Below, piece by piece: positions 25,357-36,742 of a DNA stretch of 64,000 nucleotides (positions within the stretch are counted from its first letter, which is position 1; the number at the start of each line of letters is the position of its first letter). Where the stretch lies: contig OZ249436.1 of NCBI GenBank assembly GCA_965235115.1, positions 41,294,001 to 41,358,000 on the forward strand, in the 5' to 3' direction. A model generated the notes under the pieces. That model was not told the origin of the DNA. It did no database searches and worked only from the letters and a program-made list of their open reading frames with translations. The position numbers were made by a program, and so were the translations under genes. Source of the stretch: Laetmonice hystrix (lineage: Eukaryota).

Positions 25357-28035
25357 AACTAGACACGTTGATACGATACCACAATTGATCCCATCCCCGG
25401 GGAGTCACGTAATATATGTCATGTTCTGAGTAGGGTAACTAAACTATGGTTCAATCTTGCGCAGCTAATGACTTATAAGCTTTAGAAGATGCCAATGACG
25501 TAATTATGAGGTGGCACGTCAGGCTACGTAATAAATCTTGGTCTCAAATGAAAGATCATGTATATTTTCCCATTAGTGTTTAATAGTAACTATAGCTCTA
25601 ACTTCTACCATTTACAAGTTATAGCCCTGAGAAAAATACCTATGACACCTTATGATGTCACGGGTCACGTCACGTAAAAAGGTCACGTGACCTAAAAAAT
25701 AATGGTGTCGAAGGTTACAGCGCTAAGTGGTGACTATAGCTCTATCTGGAATGGTTTAGGACTTAGAAGCCTTGGAAGATGCCAATGACGTCATTATGAC
25801 ATTATGACAAGCTACATCATAAATCTTGGTGTTTTGAAAGAGCATGTATATGACTTCCTATACCTGTTCACTAGTAACCATGGCTCCATCTTGCACCGTT
25901 TCCGAGTTATAGGCTTAAGAAAATAATGTTAACATCATTATAACCTCACACGTCATGCTATATATTTCTGGAGATAGATGTGAAGTTTTTCAAAGTATTT
26001 CAGGCGTGTGTCGGCAGGGGTTCAGGGGGCCAGACCCCCTGCTCCACCAGAGCAGAGATAATTTTCCCCTTAGATTCAACGGAACAACACCAAACGAACA
26101 GGTGCAAAGCATTCCGGCTATTTTGAACCGGTTGAGTGATGAATCCACAAAATATAATTTAAAATGGTCCCTAAAAGGCGGAAAATCGCGTCCAAGAGCT
26201 TCTAACTAAAATTTCCCGAGGCCCCTCTGCTGAAAATCTTGGACCCGTGGTTGTATTTGGAGCTAGCCTAACAATAATTTTTGTCAATTCTTCAAAAAGA
26301 AAGAGTGATGATATAGAGGGATGTCCACGCTTATAGGCGCCGGGCCGGCCTGCCCGGCACCGATTTTAGCCGCCCGGCACAAAACTAAAATGGTGCAAGT
26401 GCCGCCCGGCAGGAATTTTTATCCGGATCATCTAAAAAATACCTCCCCCCATCACCACCTGCCAACTGAAAACCTTGCGCCTTCGGTGCTAGCGAAAGAC
26501 TACCGCCCGGCACTTTTTCTGGGCACATCTGCCTCTGGCAAGTTGACACTGACAAGGGCTTTCCTATATAATTTAGTATTCAGGCCCGTAGCCAGGGGGG
26601 TGCGCAGGGTGCGTACGCACCCCCCCCCCCCCCACAGCCCAAGCTCCCCCTATAACTTCAAAAGGTTGCAAGCACTCGCTTGAGTACCCTGCACCCCCCC
26701 CCCCCCCCACCTGCCCAACAGTCCAAGATCTTCCTAACTTCAGTTATTTTGTGCTCCAAATTGCACCAGATATCACCAAAATACACCTTAAATTCCAAAA
26801 TTTTCTGGGGGGGGGGGGGCATGACCCTGGACCCGCCTAGGCTTATAGGCTTCGCGCTCTCAGCACTAAAAGTTTGCGGACTTCGCACCTTTGGCCTGGG
26901 GGGCTTGTGTGCTTCGCGCTGGGGGACTGTAGGGGTAGGGGGGTTGGGGGTGTCCCCTGCATTCCTGTCCCTAAATATTGAGCCAAGGCCGTAGCTAGCG
27001 GAGGGGGTGAGTATTTTTCCCCTGTAACACCCCCCCCCCCCCGAAAATTGTCATATTAGGCCTAATTTGCAAACTGGCTGGGATCGTCGGTGGTATCATC
27101 AAAAGTGGCCCAGCAGGCTTTTCATTTCTATCAGAAAAGTGATCTCCAGATGCCGGGAAATCGCGGGTTTCTTTTGCCTTCCATATTAATTTTTTCCCCG
27201 AGGGAGGCCCCCGGACCCCAAGCCCAATGCTAATTTTATCTTATATAATAGCTTTATCTCTGCAGCCCTCTTTCGCAAATGCCTGGATCAGCCCCCCCCC
27301 CCCATATCTTGTCCATTACATAGGCCTACATATGTATTCCCATGCAGGGAGGAATCCAGGTTGGCGCCAAATGGGAGGGGGGGGGGGGTTGTAAGTGCCA
27401 AGAAGGGATGTATGCTTGGTTTGAACCTTTCAAGCAGAAAAAAAGAAAAATTACGTCATGGAGGGGGGGGGGCGCTTGCAACCCCTTCACCACCCACTGG
27501 ATTGGCCACTGATTCTCATATAAATACATAGGATAAATGTTGCTTGCATGTTCCTTTACGTAAGAGTTACAACCAGGACTCTTCCAAATGACCCAACTTC
27601 AAAACTTGCAGGTCACGTGGTTCGGCAAAAAATAGGCCAAATCGCTTATCCTAGCACTCATCTTGTGGAACTTTGGTTTGAGAATGTTTCTACCCAATAT
27701 TTACATATTCACCAAAGAATGAGGAAGGTGTAGGGATTTCTACTGATTTGTGACCTCGAACCCATTTTTGCCCCAGGTCAAAGGTCAAAGGTCAAATCAA
27801 GGCTCAGTGGTAGGCAGCACCCTTGGCCAATTACGAAGCCATAAATTTTTTTTTAAATGTCAACATGAGCTTTAAAAATGACCTCAAGTTTCAAAATACG
27901 TTTGATGCCATGACGTCATGACTCACTGCCTGATTAGACTTTGTCATTATGAAGATGTGTGCCAAATGTCATTGAGATATCTTGCGAAATTACTGAGATA
28001 GACATACATGTTTACAATTACTACAACTACACTGT
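25357..28035 (-). mobile_element. HINE-like element, family 2, copy 2, head-to-tail with copy 1 and interrupted by a MITE cluster
   Basis: Begins AACTAGACACGTTGATACGATACCACAATTGATCCCATCCCC, like 21935. 25460-25950 and 27580-28030 match internal blocks of copy 1. Confidence 0.62.
26000..27510. mobile_element. Cluster of short poly-C/poly-G MITE fragments (CAGGCGTG, CAGGCCCGTAGC, CAAGGCCGTAGC and CAGGGAGGAATCCAGG starts)
   Basis: Several CAG-initiated GC-rich termini and GGATC/GATTGGCCACTG ends; boundaries are approximate. Confidence 0.55.
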
Positions 28036-31000
28036 AAGAATGACGTTATAGATGACGTCACAGTGCAGTGCAGTGCACACCGGAGCCGGGACGGCACCGA
28101 CTGTCTTTTGTGCCAGTGATCTAACTAACCCGGCGTTCACATTGGAGGCTTGTTCCGACGCCTACCCGCTGCTTCGGGTGGCCACCTGTAGATCTATGAA
28201 AGCACAATCATCCGACATAACTTACGTCGCGTAAGCCCCCAAGTTATATCGGGTAAATTGGGGGCATAGCTATGTCGGTAGACTACTTACGTCGGGTAAC
28301 TTCAATCTGAACGCTCGCTTGCCGACAAGCCGACATAGTGCACCAGGGGGGCGCTGGTGCATTGATGCCGCCCTGAAAATCTGTCCAAACTATGAAAAAA
28401 ATACGCGTTTCTCAGTACCAAACCTTTGGCCAGGTCTCACAACTTGATGACGTTTACTGGTAAGTTGACTTTACCTTTTTTTTGTTAAACCGGCAGCTTG
28501 ACCGTCTGAGACACTACCTAGTGATGGCTGTTCTGGGGTGATTTGCTTCTCGACACGCTCTGGTGGATATGGACTTTAGTGCGGGAATGATTCGCTCAAT
28601 CATTCGGGATTCCCTCAGGCATATGACGTCATTTCTGCATATATACCCTCGGGTGAAATGGGTGCCATTGGCAACCAGATACATGGCGAAATCGACCTGT
28701 GTAGCGAGGCACTGAGTGAACCGTCATATCCCATCGAGCCAGGAAGTAGAGCATTATTGAAACCTGCTCCTTGGCATCGTATGTGCAAATATAAATTTCT
28801 GGTATGAATCGGAACGTTTGAAGAAGAAAAATGAATCACCTAATTTACCTAAATCAGCGCGTGATAGATCTCTATGGAATTTGATCAAATTATAAGAATC
28901 AATATGGCCGCACCTGTGAACGACAACAACACGACCCCATTCGGCCCACCTCGGGACTGTCCGGGCCAGATCCTCTCGGCCCTCGCACGGTCGTCACCAT
29001 CATGTTGGATCTTCTTTTATCACGTGACACAACGTGGTCAAAACGGCGCCGGCCGACACACCGACAAAGGTGAAAGACAAGCAGTGTCTGGCTTGTTTAA
29101 AAACAGATCTCCACTTGATACCTCTGACAAGTGGATTAGACGTCAGAGAAAATCTATTTAGGTCTCTATAGATACTTTTTTAGATGTTGACATTCCTATT
29201 GGCATTAATTTTTATCGTCAGACGGAGGTCAACGTTTGTCCCACGGACGAGCTGTCTCACTTGGGATTCCCTCGGGATTCCTTTGGGCGTATGACGTCAT
29301 TTCCTATGTTGATACAAGCTAGTAAAGTCGTATGATTTCATAAATACTGCAAAACTGAATGTGTCGCGGCTGCTAAGAACGATCGAGACTGCAAATTTTC
29401 GGAAATTATCCATCTTTCCTGATGAACAATTCCGCGTTAGGCTGAATACCGACGGTCTATGAACTACTTTGCGCCGTTGCGCACTACGCGGGTTGTGATT
29501 CCCCAAACCCGTGGAATCACTGTCATATCTCTACGGCTTGCGACGTGCCAATCGGAACGACCGAGCCATTTCCGGTTTACTTTCCTTTCGGGACCTGCTT
29601 CGCCCGGGATATGACCTAGAAACAGCCAATCAGAAGCAGCGTCGGTCGTTCCGAGTGGCGACGTCCGAGACCACAACTAGCAAAGCGACCGGAAGTTGGG
29701 CCGAGGTTTTCGGAATGAACACGACCCATGGCAGGGCTACATGTATCATGAATATGATTCTATCGCATTTTTGCCCACTGCCTTTGGGAAGAGCACTATA
29801 GAGGCCTATTTTAGTTGCTTCCATACCTGATACTACAAGCACTGCCATGATTTCCAGAGTCCCGGCTCAATGTACCCGCGATGCAATGCTCAAAATGGCG
29901 CTCGATTCCCCCGAGGCTACTTTCGAAGATATGGCCGAGGTTTCCCGATTGTCGCTCAATATGAACGCGTGCAGGTCTCTGATCCTATCAGACCCTGTGT
30001 CGGACGACCACCTTGGGTGGGGTTCACGTCGTGCGCCACGCGCCAATGACGGCTCACCCACAACAACGGGGGACATCCTTTAGACTGGGAAGAGGGGAAA
30101 CCGTAAAGGAGGGGATATATAGGGGCACCAAGAGAGAGACTATAGGGGAGAAGGAGGAGGGAAAATAGATTTGATGATGAGGAACATAATAGACATTGAC
30201 GGTGGTGCATATATATTTGGCAATGGCTGCTGCCAAAGTACTTTGGGCGGAAGACCACCGAAAGGCTATTGCCAAAGTACCAATCAAAATACAGTATTTC
30301 TACTTTGGCAGCAACAAGCCAGGGTAATTGCTGCCAAAGTACCAATGGGCGACTGGCTTACAAACTGCTTGTTGCCTGATCCTGCCAAAGTACTTTGGAA
30401 GCAAGAAACATGTATACGGTCAACTCGGGGTTGATGCATGTAACAAAGTACTGTGTCCGCATTATAAAGCCACACGATTGTGCAGAAGACCGTGGGCTTC
30501 AGTATCAAAAGTACTTTGTCAGCAACTTTATCAGGAACTCTTATTGCACATGTGGACGAAGAACTTTGTCTGGAAGCGCTGTTACCAAAGTCTATGGGTA
30601 CACATACACTGAAGTGTGAAAGCACAAAAGTTGTTAGGGGACCTTCAGACTATTACCGCGTTATATCAGTGGCGGATCCGGGGGTAGGGAGTTAACCCCC
30701 CTAGCCAATTTTGTCTTTTTTCACCATTGAATGGTCTTAATTGTCCTCCCCTCCCCCAGAAAATTCTTCCCTTAACCCCGCCCCCTTCCTAAATCCTGCA
30801 TCCGCCCTGTATCAATACGGGTTTTAATACCAAAGTAGGCCTACTTTGACAGGAAAAAGTGTGATTAGGCCTATACTACAATTTCTAAGCATGACCTACT
30901 GAGCCAACGTCCTTTTTGTCTGGAAACATGAAATCTCTGGACCTGAGATTTAGTTTTGACACACTTTTTCATGGCACACAAGGACATTTTCGATGGCGAA

Positions 31001-31399
31001 GTACTTTGCCAGGTGACGCTGTCTTAACGTGACGTTTATTGACAGAATAAAGTCAGGAAGTCAAGTGGTACTATATTTTGAACATGAGCTTTATTGCCAA
31101 CGACCCTTCACATTGGACATAGAGAATTACAACTGTCGGTGTGGAGAAAATCTTAGGTGTAAAAGCAAAAGGTATACTCGTAGTTTCCTGACGTAGTCAA
31201 GGTAATGTAGGCCTACGTATATACATGTAGGCCTATATAATTTGGAGATGCCAATTAACATGCGAAACTGTGTAACCCTGAAAAAAAGCCTTTCAGAACT
31301 TCTTTCGCGAGTTACAGTAAAAAGCCTGTGGTAATTTGGCCTGAATCTGTATAGTAATATGGAACACTTGGAAAAAGTGGAAACCAGTGGCAACAGTAA

Positions 31400-32497
31400 T
31401 TTGGTAATCACAAAGCAGCCTAACCCCCTACCCCTTGCTGCCACAGTACGTTGGTAATAGCAAAACAGCCTAACCCCCTACCCCTTGCTGCCACAGTACC
31501 TTGGCAATAACAATGCAGCCTAACCCCCTACCCCTTGCTGCCACAGTACCTTGGCAATAACAATGCAGCCTAACGCCCTACCCCTTGCTGCCACAGTACC
31601 TTGTCAATAACAATGCAGCCTTACCCCCTACCCCTTGCTGCCACAGTACTTTGGTAATAGCAAAGCAGCCTAACCCCCTACCTCTTGCTGCCACAGTACT
31701 TTGGCAATAACAATGCATCCTAACCCCCTACCCCTTGCTGCACCATTACTTTGGCAATAACAATGCAACCTAACGCCCTACCCCTTGCTGCCACAGTACC
31801 TTGGTAATAGCAAAGCAGCCTAACCCCCTACCCCTTGCTGCCACAGTACCTTGGCAATAACAATGCAGCCTAACCCCCTACCTCTTGCTGCCACAGTACT
31901 TTGGCAATAACATTGCATCCTAACCCCCTACCCCTTGCTGCACCATTACTTTGGCAATAACAATGCAGCCTAACGCCCTACCCCTTGCTGCCACAGTACC
32001 TTGGCAATAACAATGCAGCCTAACCCCCTACCCCTTGCTGCCACAGTACCTTGGCAATAACAATGCAGCCTAATGCCCTGCCCCTTGCTGCCACATTACT
32101 TTGGTAATAGCAAAGCAGCCTAACCCCCTACCCCTTGCTGCCACAGTACCTTGGCAATAACAATGCAGCCTAACCCCCTACGCCTTGCTGCCACAGTACC
32201 TTGGCAATAACAATGCATCCTAACCCCCTACCCCTTGCTGCACCATTACTTTGGCAATAACAATGCAGCCTAACGCCCTGCCCCTTGCTGCCACAGTACC
32301 TTGGCAATAACAATGCAGCCTAATGCCCTGCCCCTTGCTGCCACAGTACTTTGGCAATAACAATGCAGCCTAACGCCCTGTCCCTTGCTGCCACATTACT
32401 TTGGCAATAACAATGCAGCCTAACCCCCTGCCCCTTGCTGCGACAGTACCTTGGCAATAACAATAGAGCCTAACCCCCCGTCCCTTGCTGCCACAGT
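31400..32497 (+). repeat. 50-bp tandem array, about 22 copies
   Basis: Unit TTGGCAATAACAATGCAGCCTAACCCCCTACCCCTTGCTGCCACAGTACC. Confidence 0.98.
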
Positions 32498-32504
32498 AAC
32501 AATT

Positions 32505-32745
32505 TGTTAACCGATGTTGTCAGCTTTGGCTTCCGTTGTCTAAGCTGTTCACATTGATAATGAAACCAGACATGGCAATTGTCGCACTGGATTTTTTGGC
32601 GCGGCCAGTCCCTGTGCAGTCCCTCGCTCCACAGTCATTTGAATGGTTCGGCCAAGAACTGCTGGTACGTATGTTGGCGGTAGTCTGGTACGTGGAGCTG
32701 CGTGAGTGATGGAGGTGCCACTCCTCTCACGAGTGCATCTGCATT
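32505..32745 (-). pseudogene. Frameshifted PHD zinc-finger exon relic, probably transposon-borne
   Basis: After acceptor ttaattcag: NADALVRGVAPPSLTQLHVPDYRQHTYQQFLAEPF, then (frameshift) NDCGARDCTGTGRAK, then (frameshift) IQCDNCHVWFHYQCEQLR. This gives the C..C / C..C..WFH..C core of a PHD finger. Confidence 0.72.
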
Positions 32746-32919
32746 CTGAATTAACAAGAATGTCGACACTCATCAATAAATCAATTATATTTTTACCAAA
32801 TTAATCGGTCTCTTTGCCATAAATGGTAAGGTTTATGGTTACAGTGGAAGAGAGTCTATCAATTTTAACTGAAATGACAGATGGCATGGTTTCTGATTAG
32901 ATATTACCAAGGTAATGCG

Positions 32920-33995
32920 AGAGCAAGGGGCAGGGCGTTAGGCTGTATTGTTATTGCCAAGATACTGTGGCAGCAAGGGGCAAGGCGTTACGCTGCATTG
33001 TTATTGCCAAAGTACTGTGGCAGCAAGGGGCAGGGGGTTAGGCTGCATTGTTATTGCCAAAGTAACTGTGGCAGCAAGGGGCAGGGGGTTAGGCTGTATT
33101 GTTATTGCCAAAGTAACTGTGGCAGCAAGGGGTAAGGGGTTAGGCTGCATTGTTATTGCCAAAGTACTGTGGCAGCAAGGGGTAGGGCGTTAGGCTGCAT
33201 TGTTATTGCCAAAGTAATGTGGTAGCAAGAGGTAGGGGGTTAGGCTGCATTGTTATTGCCAAGGTACTGTGGCAGCAAGGGGCAGGGGGTTAGGCTGCAT
33301 TGTTATTGCCAAAGTAACCGTGGCAGCAAGGGGTAGGGGGTTAGGCTGCATTGTTATTGGCAAGGTACTGTGGCAGCAAGGGGTAGGGCGTTAGGCTGCA
33401 TTGTTATTGCCAAAGTAATGTGGTAGCAAGAGGTAGGGGGTTAGGCTGCATTGTTATTGCCAAGGTACTGTGGCAGCAGGGGGCAGGGCGTTACGCTGCA
33501 TTGTTATTGCCAAAGTACTGTGGCAGCAAGGGGCAGGGGGTTAGGCTGCATTGTTATTGCCAAAGTAACTGTGGCACCAAGGGGCAGGGGGTTAGGCTGT
33601 ATTGTTATTGCCAAAGTAACTGTGGCAGCAAGGGGTAGGGGGTTAGGCTGCATTGTTATTGCCAAAGTACTGTGGCAGCAAGGGGCAAGGCGTTAGGCTG
33701 TATTGTTATTGCCAAGGTACTGTGGCAGCAAGGGGTAGGGCGTTAGGCTCTATTGTTAATGCCAAGGTACTGTGGCAGCAAGGGGCAGGGCGTTAGGCTG
33801 CATTGTTATTGCCAAGGTACTGTGGCAGCAAGGGGCAGGGGGTTAGGCTGTATTGTTATTGCCAAAGTAACTGTGGCAGCAAGGGGTAGGGGGTTAGGCT
33901 GCATTGTTATTGCCAAGGTACTGTGGCAGCAAGGGGTAGGGCGTTAGGCTGCATTGTTATTGCCAAAGTACTGTGGCAGCAAGGGGTAGGGCGTA
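32920..33995 (-). repeat. 50/51-bp tandem array, about 21 copies, inverted relative to 31400-32497
   Basis: Reverse complement of the same unit. Confidence 0.98.
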
Positions 33996-34867
33996 TCCTA
34001 ATCACACCTGTAATAGCTAAGGTCTGGCCTTGTTGCACCCCTGTAACAATCATGGCAAAATGATTTTAACTTCGCTCTGAGTTACCGTTAATCATGTCAA
34101 ATAATGTAGAAATGAACTAACCTTATCCCCTCTGGGATCCGTATGTCTTGTCTTCCTGGGTGTTTTTTTTTTTTAGATACGTCTTCACATGCAGTTTCTG
34201 AGGCGTGATAAACAACATTCTGACCCTGCTTGTACTGGTCAAATGCCTCAGAAAAGCTATGGTCCGTCGGAAACGTGTCACCCAGCTTCATTATAGCAGG
34301 ACTAGTCAAGATGGCACCTCCTGGTCGTAGTCTTGGCGCCAAAAAATCTAGGTCATATGTAACAAAGCTTCTGATTGGTACTTTGACAATAGCGTTTTGG
34401 TCGTCTTCCACCCAAAGTACTTTGGCAGTAGACACTCCGTATATATTTTATTATGCAACCATTGGTTGTATTGAGACTGGAGCAGGGAGAAGGGCCAGAT
34501 GACCTATAAGAAGATGTAGATCTATGTAGGGTCGACATTGAGAATCGTAAACGAGAAGTGGGATAACAAAGGGGGTTGGGGGCTAAAATATGTAAGTTTT
34601 CTTTTATGGGCCTCACTGATATTATTATTGTCTAGTCTAGTCTCCTGTGGGCTCCCCGGGGGTTCACAAGAGATTGGGGGGGGGGATCATATTTCCTTGG
34701 AGGCCGCTCTAAGTCAGATAATAATGCAGTCTGGTCAAATGACGAACACAAAAATTGTCGCTACGGGGAAATGTTATGACACATGTGGTATTCAGGTCCA
34801 AAACGAACATTATATCAAGCTCTGAATACGTCACATGCAGAGGTCACGTTATCACTTTACATATATA

Positions 34868-35356
34868 CAGTGGGGGATCCAGGATTCAGGATACAGTCTA
34901 ACAGATGCAATACTATGTGTAAACATCCCACTGACATGTGGTGGAGATAACGCTTCACTTTGACCCACATTCTGGATCGCTGTGGTAAAAGTTCTTACAG
35001 ACAGTTAGGTTAGGTTAGGTTAGTAAAAGGTTGTTACAGACAGTTAAGGGGGGGCCCACCTGAAATATTTTTTTTAGCCTCACTACGCTCGGCATGATTT
35101 TATTGCACTTATAACCATTTTGGGCCCCTTGATCTATTTCAATGCGCAATGGCCCAGAGTTATGTTGCTCCTGGATGACTGAGGAGGCCCCTTTGGGCCC
35201 GATGTTACTATCACGTATAATATAGGAGGCTTTTTTTAAAGAATTTTGTTGGAATACTGGTTTCAGGGTCCGAATAATGCATCTTCTTTAAAAATAAAGC
35301 GGGAAAAAAAATTTAAGGGGGGGGCGGTCCCCTTGGGCCCCCTGGATCCCCCAGTG
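34868..35356. mobile_element. MITE of the CAGTGGGGGATCCAGG family with a 5-bp TSD (ATATA), carrying a captured local fragment
   Basis: TIRs CAGTGGGGGATCCAGG / CCTGGATCCCCCAGTG; ATATA at 34863-67 and 35357-61; body homologous to 58096-58409. Confidence 0.85.
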
Positions 35357-36742
35357 ATATAGAATGTAGGCCTACCATGCTGAATCTACTTGACTCACAC
35401 AATATTCTGCCATTGGAATAAAAATTACAGAAGTTACAGTCAAGAAAAGAGTGTTCCAGGGTTTTTTGGGCGTGTATGTGTAGATATATAGTTCCTTTTT
35501 TGATATTTATATAATGTATAAGCTATTATGCTAGTTTTGTGCTGTACGGGTTGGAAAACCGGTGACGTCTTAGTACCGAAAACCTTTCCAAGGTTAATAA
35601 ACGAAATTTTAAAAAAATTACAAGGGCAATGGGGCTCCACAAAATCAATCCATCGACGAGAAAGAGCGGGGATACGTTGTGTTCAACTGAGCACTCGGTC
35701 ACCAGGAATGAGGGCAGCTTCGTCCGTCATTTGTCGATTAAATGAAACGGTAACGTGTGTCTGCTTGGAGAGTTTAACAGCAGACTATAAAAGCGGCCAA
35801 TTAATAAAACATGTAGAACAATTAATAAAAATTAATAAAATCACTCACATAATATGTCATTTTGACGTTCGCGCCATATACACTCCTATAGCTGGACATT
35901 CTTGTCTTCTGTGAGAGTTACAGGAGGTTCGATTGGCCTGAGTTATTACAGTTTTGTTAATTTACTTCCAAATCGATTATTATGCACAGTCTAACAGATG
36001 CAATACTATGTGTAAACATCCCCACTGACATGTGGTGGAGATAACGCTTCACTTTGACCCACATTCTGGATCGCTGTGGTAAAAGTTCTTACAGACAGTT
36101 AGGTTAGGTTAGGTTAGTAAAAGGTTGTTACAGACAGTTAGCTTCCTTAGGTTAAGTTAGTAAATAGTTGTTAGGCAGGTTATAGACAGGTCAGGTTTGG
36201 TTAGGTTAGGTTAGTAAATAGGGTGATGCCATCAATTTCCGTTCCTGGATATTTTTTCTGCATATATTCCCTGAATGTCGTTTAATTCGTAATGTGTTTT
36301 GCTGTTGCAGTTTGGAGCTATGTGCGCATTTTTAAATGTCAGGCAGCGTGATGTGCATGAGGATTACATATCACCCTGCCTGACAGTGCCATTCAAAGAC
36401 ATGACTTTGAATTATTAATTTTGAAAAAAAGATTCTCTAAAATTTATGTGAAACTCGCAAATGTGACAGGTGTATGTACAAATATGTTTGTGCATTTTTG
36501 GGGGACACCCTGTATTTATGGTATGATAACCATGGTGGATGGCGAAACGAACAAACTAGGACGTCTCTTATCGATAGCGAGGCTTTTTTAAAAGGCAAAA
36601 TAACACATTGCATATAGGCACAGCAATACACGCCCGACTTTTGATAAGGAGGGGGCAGGAGTTGAACCTGCTGGCCGCCAGCCTGTACCTGTCATATCCT
36701 TTGCGCATTCAGTCCTAGGATACCAGTGGTGGGCCTACAGAC

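Larger units (their letters stand above)
21935..25358 (-). mobile_element. HINE-like element, family 2, copy 1 (hosts a GAA microsatellite and a Harbinger insertion)
   Basis: One end has hairpin GTGGT-gat-ACCAC next to subTIR ATCCCATCCCC (21948-21976). The other end is ATCCCATCCCC-gtgtaa-GGGGAAGGGGGG-A6. Internal degenerate repeats TATGACTTCCTATTAGTGTTTAATAGTAACTAT. Confidence 0.7.
30200..34470. mobile_element. Foldback-type element with inverted outer arms, two inverted 50-bp satellite arrays and a central PHD-finger relic
   Basis: 30227-30290 is the reverse complement of 34370-34432. The arrays at 31400-32497 and 32920-33995 are in opposite orientation. Exact termini are not resolved. Confidence 0.7.

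Noticed and set aside
28060..30085. A single intact TIR transposon
   Set aside because: Fragments such as GCGTTCACATTG / CAATATGAACGC and internal duplications suggest transposon debris, but I could not define matching ends, a TSD or a coding motif.
32881..33947. Cys-rich YCGSKGQG ORFs
   Set aside because: Products of the 50-bp satellite, whose unit is not a multiple of three.
35005..36215. TTAGG runs as telomeric repeats
   Set aside because: Only 3-4 imperfect units each, embedded in a short local repeat.
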